Origin: Verrucomicrobiota bacterium
GTDB taxonomy: Bacteria; Verrucomicrobiota; Kiritimatiellia; JAAZAB01
Assembly: GCA_043814705.1 (NCBI GenBank)
Contig: JBDRJR010000038.1
Coordinates: 1 to 57,479 of the forward strand
Direction: 5' to 3'
Length of the DNA: 57,479 nucleotides
Shown here piece by piece: positions 46,334 through 56,195 of the stretch (position 1 is the first letter of the stretch; each line of letters starts with the position of its first letter). Both the position numbers and the translations under genes were made by a program. A model generated the notes under the pieces. The model saw nothing but the letters and a program-made list of their open reading frames with translations. It did no database searches and had not been told where the DNA came from.

Positions 46334-47896
46334 ATGCCGGCAGTTCGGGACAATTGGGGATCACGGTTTGCGGTCATTATGGCCGTGGCCGGCTCGGCCA
46401 TCGGGCTGGGTAATATTCTGCGGTTTCCAGCCAAGGCGGCGGCCAACGGTGGCGGCGCGTTCATGATCCCTTACCTGGTGTCATTGCTTCTGCTGGGCCT
46501 GCCGCTGATGTGGATCGAATGGACCCTGGGACGCTACGGCGGCGGGTTTGAACATGGCACCGCGCCCGGCATTTTTCACAGCCTGGCGCGTAAAAACCGG
46601 TTTATCAAATATTTTGGCGTCATTGGTATTTTCGGCCCACTGGTCATTTTTAGCTATTACACCTTCATTGAATCCTGGACGCTGGCGTATAGTTTTTTTG
46701 CATTGAGCGGACACTATGCCGCGCTGAGCGACCAGGCTTCCATGCAGTCTTTCCTGCGCGGTTTCCAGGGATTGGAGCGCAACGCATTTTTTCAGGGTTT
46801 GGGATGGGCGTATGTGTTTTTCAGTATTACTTTCCTGCTTAATATCGGCGTGCTTTTTTACGGCATCCGCGGCGGGATTGCGCGGCTGTGTAAATGGGCC
46901 ATCCCGGCCCTCTTTATCTGCGCCCTGATCCTGCTGATCCGGGTCGTAACGCTCGACGCGCCCATGGCGGAACATCCGGACTGGAACATTTGCAATGGGT
47001 TCGGCTTTCTGTGGAACCCGGATTTTACGGCGCTTACCAAGGCCAAAGTCTGGCTGGAAGCCGCCGGCCAGATATTTTTTACGCTCAGTGTTGGTATCGG
47101 CGTCATTCTCACCTATGCCAGTTATCTTGCGAAAGGCGACGATGTGGTGCTCTCGGGTCTGAGCGCGGCCAGCACGAACGAAATCGCCGAAGTGATCCTT
47201 GGCGGTAGTATTATTATTCCCGCCGCCTTCGTGTTTTTCGGCCCGGCCGACATGCAGGCAGTTGCCAGGTCGGGCGTCTTTAATCTGGGTTTTGTCACCA
47301 TGCCGCTGGTGCTGAACCATCTGCCCTGGGCGGCCTTCTTCGGGTTCTGCTGGTTTTTTCTCTTGTTCCTGGCGGGGATTACTTCATCGGTCTCGCTGGC
47401 CCAGCCATGCGTGGCCTTTATGGAGGACGAGTTCGACATTAACCGGCAGAAAGCCGTGGCGATATTCAGCGTCGTGGCATTTGTCCTTTGCCAGCCGGCT
47501 GTTTTTTTTCTGGGCCGGGGGGTGGTGGATGAACTTGATTTCTGGGGTGGCACGGTTTTTCTGGTTGTATTTGCCGCGATCGAGACCATTTTGTTCGTTT
47601 GGGTATTCGGCATTGAGAAGGCCTGGGAGGAAATTCACCAGGGCGCCGCTCTGCGCATACCGCGATTTTACAAGTGGGTCATTAAATACGTTACGCCGCT
47701 CTTCCTGTTCCTGATCCTTGGCATGTGGCTTTGGCAGGAATGGATTCCCGTTATTTTCATGAAGCAGGTGTCGGCGTCATCGCGCCCCTATGTGCTGGGC
47801 ACCCGCATGGGGCTGGCGCTGATTTTCATTATCCTGGCCGTGCTGGTAAAATTGGCCTGGCGCCGAAAACGCCGCTTAGGGGAGGAACCTCCATGA
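46334..47896 (+). CDS. Sodium-dependent transporter, NSS/SNF family
   Basis: RDNWGSR, GSAIGLGNILRFP, NGGGAF, AAGQIFFTLS; true start ATG 46334. Confidence 0.95.
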   Translation: MPAVRDNWGSRFAVIMAVAGSAIGLGNILRFPAKAAANGGGAFMIPYLVSLLLLGLPLMWIEWTLGRYGGGFEHGTAPGIFHSLARKNRFIKYFGVIGIFGPLVIFSYYTFIESWTLAYSFFALSGHYAALSDQASMQSFLRGFQGLERNAFFQGLGWAYVFFSITFLLNIGVLFYGIRGGIARLCKWAIPALFICALILLIRVVTLDAPMAEHPDWNICNGFGFLWNPDFTALTKAKVWLEAAGQIFFTLSVGIGVILTYASYLAKGDDVVLSGLSAASTNEIAEVILGGSIIIPAAFVFFGPADMQAVARSGVFNLGFVTMPLVLNHLPWAAFFGFCWFFLLFLAGITSSVSLAQPCVAFMEDEFDINRQKAVAIFSVVAFVLCQPAVFFLGRGVVDELDFWGGTVFLVVFAAIETILFVWVFGIEKAWEEIHQGAALRIPRFYKWVIKYVTPLFLFLILGMWLWQEWIPVIFMKQVSASSRPYVLGTRMGLALIFIILAVLVKLAWRRKRRLGEEPP

Positions 47897-47997
47897 CCTC
47901 CGCCGGCTGGGTTTTGCTGATCGCGTTCTGGGGTTTGATCCTTGGCTTCGCAGTCTTTTGCATCATTCATATATTTAAGCGGAAGCGCTTGAAATAG
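47893..47997 (+). CDS. Small single-TM protein, MetS-like NSS transporter small subunit (34 aa)
   Basis: MTSAGWVLLIAFWGLILGFAVFCIIHIFKRKRLK; ATGA overlap and GGAGG RBS. Confidence 0.75.
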   Translation: MTSAGWVLLIAFWGLILGFAVFCIIHIFKRKRLK

Positions 47998-48223
47998 AAA
48001 AAGCGGGGGCCAGACTTCCAAACCACAAATAAAAGATTTGGAGGGCTTGCGCTCCGGTCCGGCGCGGCCATTTTTTTTAATGTTTTGCTTGATTTTGAAA
48101 CGGTATGCCATAAACTGCAGGCATTGTTTTTAGGACGATAGCGTCCGTTCGCGTCAACAATGTTTCCCGGTGTGTCATCCGGAACGTTATATTTCTTAAT
48201 TACGCAACCAATTGAGCGGTATT

Positions 48224-48865
48224 ATGGCTGAGGAACTGAAAAGTCTGATTGAGCGTATTCAACGCGAGGGCGTTGAAAAGGCCGAGGCTGACGCGGCCGC
48301 GATCGTTACCCGTGCCAAGGCCAAAGCCGCGGAAATCGTCAAGTCCGCGGAAGCACAGGCGCAAGCCCTTCTGAAACAGGCGGATGCCGATGCCCGGGTT
48401 TATGCCGAGCGCAGTACCACAACCCTAACCCAGGCCGCCCGCGACGTGCTCATCGCCGTCGGTCAGGGCCTGGAATCCATCCTGGATGAAGTCATCCGCA
48501 AGCAGGTCGGCCAGGCGCTTGCCCCGGAAACCCTGAAGACCATGCTTGGCCGGATTGCACAGGCATATGTGGAGCATGGCATGACCGAAAACCGGTTGAC
48601 GGCGCTCCTCAGTCCGGAAGATCAGCAGAATTTGATCCGGCTGGTTGAGGCCGGCGTGCGCGATGCTTTGGGGCAGGGGATGGATCTGCGCGCGGACGAC
48701 CGGATTGTCAAGGGCTTCCGGATTTCGATTCAGGATGGGCGCGTTGTGCATGATTTCACCGCGGCGGCCATAGCCGAGGCTATCGGCGCCCTGCTTAAGC
48801 CGCACTTGGCGGAGATTGTGCACCGCGCCGCGCAGGGCGTGGCGGCGGGCACCACAAACGCATAG
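48224..48865 (+). CDS. ntpE: V-type ATP synthase subunit E
   Basis: LIERIQREGVEKA coiled coil, GFRI, DFT; first gene of the operon. Confidence 0.88.
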   Translation: MAEELKSLIERIQREGVEKAEADAAAIVTRAKAKAAEIVKSAEAQAQALLKQADADARVYAERSTTTLTQAARDVLIAVGQGLESILDEVIRKQVGQALAPETLKTMLGRIAQAYVEHGMTENRLTALLSPEDQQNLIRLVEAGVRDALGQGMDLRADDRIVKGFRISIQDGRVVHDFTAAAIAEAIGALLKPHLAEIVHRAAQGVAAGTTNA

Positions 48866-48876
48866 GAATTATATCC

Positions 48877-49419
48877 GTGGCTCCCCATTATTACCTCGTT
48901 GCCAGTTTGCCGGCGCTTTTTCTCGATGAGGAGCCGCCGATTACACCCGCTGAATTCATGGCCGTATGCGGCCAGTGGCTGGATGCGGATGATGTCCGGG
49001 ACATCCGACTTTTGATGGCCAATGATACTCCGGAGGGTGTCAAGGGTGCCTGCGCCAATCAGTGGCTGGCGCGCGCGACCGAAATCCGCAACGCGATTGT
49101 CCGTTTGCGCGCGGCCAGGAACCGCGTGGACGCCGAACCATTCCTGCAACCCTGCCGCGAACTGGATCTTTACACCGAAAAAGCCGTGGCAGAAGCCATG
49201 AGCAGACCCCAGCCGCTGGAACGTGAGCTTGGCTTGGACCAGTTGCGCTGGTCCCTGTTGGATGACTTGGCGCGGTTTGATCCCTTTGGCCTGCCGGCGG
49301 TCGTCGCCTATGCGCTTAAACTTAAAATAGTCGAGCGCTGGAGCGCGCTCACGGTGGAGAAAGGGCGCGCGGTGGTGGAAGAATACTTGACGAAACAACT
49401 GGTGGAAATGGCGGTATGA
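48877..49419 (+). CDS. DUF2764 family protein (V-ATPase subunit C-like)
   Basis: YYLVASLP, PLERE..LD..RW, AYALKLKIVERW; lies between E and A. Confidence 0.8.
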   Translation: MAPHYYLVASLPALFLDEEPPITPAEFMAVCGQWLDADDVRDIRLLMANDTPEGVKGACANQWLARATEIRNAIVRLRAARNRVDAEPFLQPCRELDLYTEKAVAEAMSRPQPLERELGLDQLRWSLLDDLARFDPFGLPAVVAYALKLKIVERWSALTVEKGRAVVEEYLTKQLVEMAV

Positions 49420-51185
49420 CCACGAAAAGCGGAACCATATGCGATATTAACGGCAACCTGATAACGGTGGAATTCAAGGATGCCGTGATTCAGAACGAAG
49501 TGGCCTACGCCGTGCTGGGCGATACGCACCTGAAGGCGGAGGTCATTCGCGTGCGCGGACGGCGGGCCGACTTGCAGGTCTTCGAGGACACCACCGGCCT
49601 GCAGGTCGGTGGTGCGGTGGAATTTACCGGCCAACTGCTTTCCGTCGAACTGGCCCCGGGTCTGCTGGGCCAGATTTTTGATGGTTTGCAGAATCCTCTG
49701 CCCAAGCTTGCGGAACAGTGCGGGTTTTTTCTCAAGCGTGGCATGTATCTGCCGGCAATTCCGCGTGACCGTGCCTGGGCTTGGACGCCGGTAGTCAAAC
49801 CGGGCGCCGTTGTGCGCGCCGGCGATACGCTGGGCACGGTGCCGGAAGGAATTTTTACGCATCGGATCATGGCGCCCTTTACGCTTGCCGGGACATGGAC
49901 CATCGAGCAGGCCGCGCCGGCGGGGAATTACACCGTGGAGCAGGAAATTGCCCGCCTACGTCTCTTAACGGCTGACTACGGTGGGCAGGCCCGTCTGCGC
50001 AATGCCCAGGAGACGCTGGGCGTCAGTATGCTCCAGACCTGGCCGGTTAAAATTCCGATTCGCTGTTATGCGGAACGGCTCAAGCCGGGTGAGCCCCTGA
50101 TAACCAAGATTCGCATTCTCGACACTTTTTTCCCCGTGGCGCGCGGCGGCACCTATTGCATTCCCGGTCCCTTCGGCGCGGGTAAGACGGTGCTCCAGCA
50201 ATTGACCAGCCGCCATGCGGATGTGGATGTCGTCATTATTGCGGCCTGCGGCGAACGCGCCGGCGAGGTGGTGGAAACCCTGCGTGAGTTTCCGCATCTG
50301 ACCGATCCGCGCACCGGCCGCACGCTCATGGAACGCACGATCATCGTCTGTAACACCAGCTCCATGCCGGTGGCGGCCCGCGAGGCTTCAGTTTATACAG
50401 GCGTGACCCTGGCGGAATATTACCGCCAAATGGGGCTCAACGTCCTGCTCCTGGCCGATTCCACCTCGCGTTGGGCGCAGGCCCTGCGCGAGATGTCCGG
50501 CCGGCTGGAGGAAATCCCGGGCGAAGAAGCTTTCCCGGCCTATCTTGAATCGGTGATTGCCTCGTTCTATGAGCGCGGCGGGATTGTGCGCTTGAACGAC
50601 AAGTCCTTCGGCTCAGTCACGATCGGCGGCACGGTCAGCCCGGCGGGCGGCAATTTTGAGGAGCCCGTGACCCAGGCCACGCTCAAAGTTGTCGGCGCGT
50701 TTCACGGGCTTTCGCGGGACCGCGCCAACGCGCGGCGGTTTCCCTCAATTCATCCACTGGAAAGCTGGAGTAAGTATAAAAGCATTGTGCCAGGCGCGGA
50801 GCTTGACCTGACCCGGCGTGTGCTCCGCGAGGGCAACGAGGTGGACCAGATGATGAAAGTGCTGGGCGAGGAAGGCACGAGCCTGGCGGATTTCGTGGTT
50901 TATCTCAAGGCCGAATATCTCGATGCAGTCTATCTTCAGCAGGACGCCTATCATCCCGTGGATGGCGCCACTTCGGCTGAGCGGCAGAAATACGTGTTTC
51001 ATTACCTTGCCGATATCCTTGCGACGCCCATGAAGTTTGCCGATAAGACCAGCGCCCGTAAATTTTTTCAGACCCTGACCCAAGTCACAAAAGATTGGAA
51101 CGAGACATCCCAGGACACGCCGGTTTTTGGCGAGATCGAGGCGCGGATCAAGCAAATGGTCGCGGAGGTGGCCGAAGATGCGTAG
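49416..51185 (+). CDS. ntpA: V-type ATP synthase subunit A
   Basis: [37 protein letters not shown]. Confidence 0.97.
   Translation: MTTKSGTICDINGNLITVEFKDAVIQNEVAYAVLGDTHLKAEVIRVRGRRADLQVFEDTTGLQVGGAVEFTGQLLSVELAPGLLGQIFDGLQNPLPKLAEQCGFFLKRGMYLPAIPRDRAWAWTPVVKPGAVVRAGDTLGTVPEGIFTHRIMAPFTLAGTWTIEQAAPAGNYTVEQEIARLRLLTADYGGQARLRNAQETLGVSMLQTWPVKIPIRCYAERLKPGEPLITKIRILDTFFPVARGGTYCIPGPFGAGKTVLQQLTSRHADVDVVIIAACGERAGEVVETLREFPHLTDPRTGRTLMERTIIVCNTSSMPVAAREASVYTGVTLAEYYRQMGLNVLLLADSTSRWAQALREMSGRLEEIPGEEAFPAYLESVIASFYERGGIVRLNDKSFGSVTIGGTVSPAGGNFEEPVTQATLKVVGAFHGLSRDRANARRFPSIHPLESWSKYKSIVPGAELDLTRRVLREGNEVDQMMKVLGEEGTSLADFVVYLKAEYLDAVYLQQDAYHPVDGATSAERQKYVFHYLADILATPMKFADKTSARKFFQTLTQVTKDWNETSQDTPVFGEIEARIKQMVAEVAEDA
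49950..49988 (+). repeat. 39-bp bulged-hairpin element inserted in frame in ntpA
   Basis: GCCCGCC-TAC-GTC...GAC-TAC-GGTGGGCAG followed by a second GCCCG; protein reads [17 protein letters not shown]. Confidence 0.65.
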
Positions 51186-52479
51186 AATTTACCGCCGCAT
51201 TGAGCAAATTGCCGGGAGCGTGATCACCCTGCGCGCGGATAAGGTCAGCTACCGGGAACTGGCCGAGGTGACCGCCTACGGCGGCCAGTCCCTGGCGCAG
51301 GTCATCCGGCTCGAGGGCGACAGCGTGGCCTTGCAGGTTTTTTCAGGCACACGCGGGATCACAACCGATGCGGAAGCGGTCTTTCTGGGGCATCCCATGC
51401 AGACGAGCTTTTCACCGGCACTGCTGGGCCGGGTATTCACCGGGATCGGCGTGCCGCGTGACAAGGGTCCCGTGATCACGGAGAATCCCATACCCATTGG
51501 CGGACCGGCAGTGAACCCGGCCAAGCGCATTATTCCTTATCGCATGATTCGCACGGGCATTCCGATGATTGATGTGTTCAACACGCTGGTTGAGTCGCAG
51601 AAACTGCCGATCTTTTCCGTGGCGGGCGAGCCCTATAATCCGCTCCTGGCGCGCATTGCCCTGCAGGCGGAAGTGGACATCATCATCCTGGGCGGCATGG
51701 GATTGAAATATGACGACTATCTTTTTTTCCGCGACACTCTTGAGGAGCAAGGCGCCCTGAGTCGCTCGATCCTCTTCATTCATACCGCGGCCGATCCGAC
51801 CGTGGAATGCCTGATGACTCCGGACATCTCCCTGGCGGTGGCCGAGCAATTCGCCCTGCAGGGCAAACGCGTCCTGGTCCTGCTGACCGATATGACCAAT
51901 TTTGCGGATGCCTTGAAGGAAATCGCCATTACCATGGAACAGGTGCCTTCCAACCGCGGCTATCCCGGCGATCTCTACAGCCAGTTGGCGGCCCGTTATG
52001 AAAAGGCCGTGGATTTCGATGATGCGGGTTCCATCACCATCCTGGCGGCGACCACCATGCCGGGTGACGACGTTACTCATCCGGTGCCGGACAACACCGG
52101 CTATATCACGGAAGGCCAGTTTTATCTGCGCAACGGACACATTGAGCCGTTCGGTTCGCTGAGCCGTCTGAAACAATTAGTCAACAAGGATACACGCAAG
52201 GATCACCGCACGATCATGAACTCGATGATCCAGCTTTATGCCGCCTGCAAGGAAAGCCAGGAGAAGCGCGCCATGGGCTTCCGCATGAGCGCCTGGGACC
52301 AGAGCCTACTGAAATACGGTGCGCGCTTTGAAAAGGAGATGATGGATCTCAACGTCAATATTCCGCTGGAAAAAGCGCTGGATTTGGGCTGGGCCATCAT
52401 GAGCGATTGCTTCGAACCGGCGGAAACCGGCATTCCGACCCAGATGATTGACGAATTCTGGCCGCGGAAGGCACGTTAA
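51178..52479 (+). CDS. ntpB: V-type ATP synthase subunit B
   Basis: [35 protein letters not shown]. Confidence 0.96.
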   Translation: MRRIYRRIEQIAGSVITLRADKVSYRELAEVTAYGGQSLAQVIRLEGDSVALQVFSGTRGITTDAEAVFLGHPMQTSFSPALLGRVFTGIGVPRDKGPVITENPIPIGGPAVNPAKRIIPYRMIRTGIPMIDVFNTLVESQKLPIFSVAGEPYNPLLARIALQAEVDIIILGGMGLKYDDYLFFRDTLEEQGALSRSILFIHTAADPTVECLMTPDISLAVAEQFALQGKRVLVLLTDMTNFADALKEIAITMEQVPSNRGYPGDLYSQLAARYEKAVDFDDAGSITILAATTMPGDDVTHPVPDNTGYITEGQFYLRNGHIEPFGSLSRLKQLVNKDTRKDHRTIMNSMIQLYAACKESQEKRAMGFRMSAWDQSLLKYGARFEKEMMDLNVNIPLEKALDLGWAIMSDCFEPAETGIPTQMIDEFWPRKAR

Positions 52480-52514
52480 GCGTAGAGCATTAAGCGTCGC
52501 GCGTGGGTGAAGCA

Positions 52515-52634
52515 AACATCGAACACCCAACACCCAACATCGAATTAAGAAGCAGTGTGGAGCCGCAAAGTCATGAGGAGCCATTCCCCATCAACCATTG
52601 GCCATCTTCCATTGACCATTAACCATTGACCATT
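52515..52634. repeat. Degenerate 7-mer arrays inside the V-ATPase operon (AACACCC-like, CCATTGA-like)
   Basis: Arrays at 52515-52544 and 52581-52634 between ntpB and ntpD. Confidence 0.7.
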
Positions 52635-52642
52635 CCTCCGCC

Positions 52643-53248
52643 ATGCCCAAGATCAAACATACCAAGAGCGAGCTCAAGAACCAGCGTGATGACCTGCGCC
52701 GGTATGAACGGTTTTTGCCGACCCTCGAACTCAAGAAACAGCAATTGCAAATTGAGGTCCGCAAGCTGAATGTCGCCCTTGAAGCCGGCCGGGCGGAGGA
52801 AGCCGGTTTGCGCGCCGAACTGGATGGCTGGGTCCGTGTTTTTGCGGAACCCTTCGAGCTCGGCGCGATGTTGCGCCTTAAGGAAGTCCGCCGCCTCTCC
52901 GGTAATATTGCCGGCGTGGCTATCCCCATTTTCCAGGAAGCTGTTTTTGAGCGTGCGCCGCTGGATTTGTTCCAGACCCCACCCTGGTTAGACGATGGTC
53001 TAAACATGCTGGAGCGTTTATTGCGTCTCCAGGCGGCGCAGGTTGTCATGAAAACGCAAGAACGTCTGCTGAGCGAGGAACTGCGCACGACCACCCAGCG
53101 GGTCAACCTGTTTGAAAAAGTCAAGATTCCCGAGTGCACGGACAATATCCGTGTCATCCGCATTTTTCTGGGCGATGAGCAGACGGCGGCCGTTGCGCGC
53201 GCCAAGCTGGCCAAGGGCAAGGCCATAGTGGAAGTGAGTGTAACATGA
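52643..53248 (+). CDS. ntpD: V-type ATP synthase subunit D
   Basis: TKSEL, LPTLELKK, TTQRVNLFEKVKIP. Confidence 0.95.
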   Translation: MPKIKHTKSELKNQRDDLRRYERFLPTLELKKQQLQIEVRKLNVALEAGRAEEAGLRAELDGWVRVFAEPFELGAMLRLKEVRRLSGNIAGVAIPIFQEAVFERAPLDLFQTPPWLDDGLNMLERLLRLQAAQVVMKTQERLLSEELRTTTQRVNLFEKVKIPECTDNIRVIRIFLGDEQTAAVARAKLAKGKAIVEVSVT

Positions 53249-55002
53249 TCGTGCCAATGGAAAAAATTACGCTCCTGATCCTCAAGGCGCACCAGGCCGA
53301 AGCCGTAACACAATTGCGCGCGCTGGGCGTCCTGCATATCCGGCATGTAACGCCGCCGGATACCGTGGAGCTGGAGGAAGCGCGCGCGCGCTTGGTGCAT
53401 GCGCACAATGCCTTGGCCGTTCTGCCCCCTCCGCATGACGGCGTGCTTCCCTCCGGCCAGACGGCGGAGGCGCTGATGACCGCCGTGTGGAAGCTGATCC
53501 ATCGGCGCAAAGCGTTGACCGACCGGCGCGAACAGCTTTTACTGGATGAAAGAAAACTGGAGCCTTTCGGTAATTTCGACCCCGCGGCTTTACGGGACTT
53601 GCAGGCGCGCGGCATTCATGTGCGCCTGTTCTTTGCGCCGCCGAAAAAACCGGTTCCCGCGCCGGAAGGGGCCATGGTGCGCATTCTCCGCCGGACTAAA
53701 CGCGGAATCTGGTTCGCCATGATTTCGCGTGAGGCCGTTTCGGTGGCCGCGGAAGAGCAGGCGCTCCCGGATACATCGCTGGATCAAGTCCGGCACGAAT
53801 TGGCCGATGGGGCGTGTGAACTTGCGAATATCGGCGGGGAATTCGAACGGCTCAGCGCCGACCGCGCGGTGATCGCCCGGTGGGTGAGTAATCTGGAGGA
53901 ACAGGTAAAATTCATGGAAGTCCAGGCCGGCATGGGCGCAAATGAGGGGATTGTCTATCTCCAGGGTTTTTGTCCGGAATTCAGCGTGCAAAATATTCGG
54001 GATCAGGCCCGCGTGAGTGGCTGGGGACTTCTGATCGAGGAGCCGGCGGAATCCGATTCCGTGCCAACCCTGATCAAAAACGCCTGGTGGGCTCGTCCGG
54101 TTAAGGCGGTTTTCGACATGCTGGGCATCCTGCCCGGTTACCGGGAGATGGATGTCAGCTTTGTGTTCCTCGTTTTTTTCAGTGTATTTGTCGCCATCCT
54201 CGTCGGCGATGGCGGCTATGGCCTGCTGTTCCTGGGATTAACCGCGCTTCTGCGCTGGAAATGGAAGGCGGCGCCGAGCAATCTGCTTCCGCTTCTGGGT
54301 ATTTTGAGCGCGGCGACAATGATCTGGGGGGTCTTGACCGGCTCATATTTCGGCATCCAGAACCTGCCGGCGCCCTTGCGGCAGTGGAAGGTCGAATGGC
54401 TGGGGCATGCAGACAATCTTATCAACCTGTGTTTTTTCCTGGGTGCGGCGCACTTGACGGTGGCGCATGCCTGGAATGTGATTCGTCAGCGGCACAGCGT
54501 GACGGCCATCGGCCAGGCGGGTTGGATCGGTTTGGCTTGGACCATGTATTTCACCGCCTGCTATTTTGTGCTCGAAAAGCCCATGCCGGGTTTTGTGTTG
54601 TGGTTGTTTGTGATTTCGCTGGCCGCCGTGGCGCTGTTCATGGCGCCTTTCCGCAAGTTAAAAACGGAGTGGCCCAACTATTGCGTTCTGCCGTTCACGG
54701 TGCTGGGCAACTTTGGCGACATAGTTTCTTACATGCGGCTTTACCTGGTAGGCAGTGCCTCGGCGACCCTCATCCTGGCGTTCAACGAATTGGCGATCGG
54801 CAAGGGCGTTGACAGCGTCTGGGCAGGGCTGGCGGCGGCGCTGATTATTTTCGCGGCGCATGTGCTCAACATTTCCTTGAGCGCGCTGGCCGTGCTCGTG
54901 CATGGCGTGCGGCTGAATGCGCTTGAATTTTCCAGCCATTTGGGTATTCAATGGGCGGGAATAAAGTACGCACCGTTCGCGGTGGCGGGGAAAGAGGGTT
55001 AA
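53245..55002 (+). CDS. ntpI: V-type ATP synthase subunit I (a)
   Basis: MIVPMEK, PGYREMD, GDGGYG, DIVSYMRL (essential Arg), HGVRLNALEF. Confidence 0.95.
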   Translation: MIVPMEKITLLILKAHQAEAVTQLRALGVLHIRHVTPPDTVELEEARARLVHAHNALAVLPPPHDGVLPSGQTAEALMTAVWKLIHRRKALTDRREQLLLDERKLEPFGNFDPAALRDLQARGIHVRLFFAPPKKPVPAPEGAMVRILRRTKRGIWFAMISREAVSVAAEEQALPDTSLDQVRHELADGACELANIGGEFERLSADRAVIARWVSNLEEQVKFMEVQAGMGANEGIVYLQGFCPEFSVQNIRDQARVSGWGLLIEEPAESDSVPTLIKNAWWARPVKAVFDMLGILPGYREMDVSFVFLVFFSVFVAILVGDGGYGLLFLGLTALLRWKWKAAPSNLLPLLGILSAATMIWGVLTGSYFGIQNLPAPLRQWKVEWLGHADNLINLCFFLGAAHLTVAHAWNVIRQRHSVTAIGQAGWIGLAWTMYFTACYFVLEKPMPGFVLWLFVISLAAVALFMAPFRKLKTEWPNYCVLPFTVLGNFGDIVSYMRLYLVGSASATLILAFNELAIGKGVDSVWAGLAAALIIFAAHVLNISLSALAVLVHGVRLNALEFSSHLGIQWAGIKYAPFAVAGKEG

Positions 55003-55068
55003 CGCAAAGACGCAAAGTTGCAAAGAAGGCGCGATCATTAATGACATACCCCTCTGCGCCTCTGCGTT
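55001..55068. repeat. Inverted 8-9-mer arms (AACGCAAAGACGCAAAG / CTCTGCGCCTCTGCGTT)
   Basis: Direct reading; after the ntpI stop. Confidence 0.6.
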
Positions 55069-55085
55069 AAATAATGTATTCAGTA

Positions 55086-55281
55086 CAGTAGCATCCCATA
55101 GGATGCTTTGGCTGAGGGCTGTGGGCTATTGACTGTGGGAAAACCCCAATAAACCCGAGGGCTATGAAGGACCATTATCAAAACCGCAGTTCCGGTTTTT
55201 CCCATCTGTGTTTATTCTGTTCCGACCCACAGCCTGCAGCCTACAGTCCACAGCCCATGGCGTCCCTGTGGGACGCCAGTG
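55086..55281 (+). mobile_element. MITE-like repeat, copy 3 (196 bp) with a 9-bp flanking duplication
   Basis: Imperfect TIRs CAGTAGCATCCCATAGG / CACTGGCGTCCCACAGG; TATTCAGTA at 55077-55085 and 55282-55290. Confidence 0.88.
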
Positions 55282-55355
55282 TATTCAGTATTGTGTTTTC
55301 GCGTCTGCGCGGTTAATGAATCAGTCAGGATACAATAAACAACAGGGGGAACTTT

Positions 55356-55805
55356 ATGACACCGGAACAGATTACATCGCTCGGCAAATTAGGCGGGGCG
55401 GCCATATTGGGTCTTGCGGCCGTGGGTTCGGGGCTGGGCGCCGGCGCGGCCGCGCTGGCGGCGATCGGTTCGTGGAAAAAATGTTATGCCCAGAACAAGC
55501 TGGCCCCATTCATGCTGGTGGCCTTTATCGGCGCGCCGCTTTCCCAAACCATTTATGGCTTCATCGTGATGCTGCAGATCGTGGCGGCGGCCGGCAAGGG
55601 CACATCCGCGGAGGCCCTGGTGGGCGCCGGTATTTTCGGCGGGCTGGCCATGGGCGTCTCGGCCTGGCAACAAGGCAAGGCTGGCGCCGCCGCCGCCGAT
55701 GCCCTGGCTGAAACCGGTCAGGGCATGGCCAACTATTTCATGGCCATCGGCGTTATCGAAACCGTGGCCCTGTTCACGCTGGCGTTCATCCTGAAAGTCA
55801 TATAG
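55356..55805 (+). CDS. ntpK: V-type ATP synthase subunit K (c, 4 TM)
   Basis: GS.LG, PLSQTIYG, QGKAG, IETVALF. Confidence 0.94.
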   Translation: MTPEQITSLGKLGGAAILGLAAVGSGLGAGAAALAAIGSWKKCYAQNKLAPFMLVAFIGAPLSQTIYGFIVMLQIVAAAGKGTSAEALVGAGIFGGLAMGVSAWQQGKAGAAAADALAETGQGMANYFMAIGVIETVALFTLAFILKVI

Positions 55806-55850
55806 TTAAGTTGCCAAGGTTCGTGCATAGGAATTTCGGTTACACGTATT

Positions 55851-56157
55851 CTGGATTCCCGCTGGAGTTTACCCCGTGCTTTGACACGGGGCGGGAATGA
55901 CCCTGCTTCGTCCGGCTGTTGCCGGACTATGCAGGACAGGCAGAATGGGTGCGCGTGTTTGTCATTTCCGACCTGATGCTACTCTGAGAAGTAAGCTTCC
56001 CGGCCTTCGCAGTCCGGCCTTCGCAGCCAGGAGCTTTGCTCCGGCGGAGTAGGCCCGAAGGCTTTGCTACGGCGGAGTAGGCTCGCTACGACCTTCCTAC
56101 GCCCACCGAAGTCCGGCTGTTGCCGGACGAAGGCGGGAGCACGAGTCGGGAATCCAG
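55851..56157. repeat. Mosaic of nested palindromic elements
   Basis: Inverted ATTCCCG/CGGGAAT-type pair containing duplicated GTCCGGCTGTTGCCGGAC, CCGGCCTTCGCAG and GCTTTGCTNCGGCGGAGTAGG. Confidence 0.8.
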
Positions 56158-56195
56158 GATTTTTATCCAAGATTTTTATTGCCGCCTTTGGCGGC

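Noticed and set aside
47998-48223. Riboswitch upstream of the V-ATPase operon
   Set aside because: Only weak hairpins, with no consensus I can recognise; an Rfam cmscan would be needed
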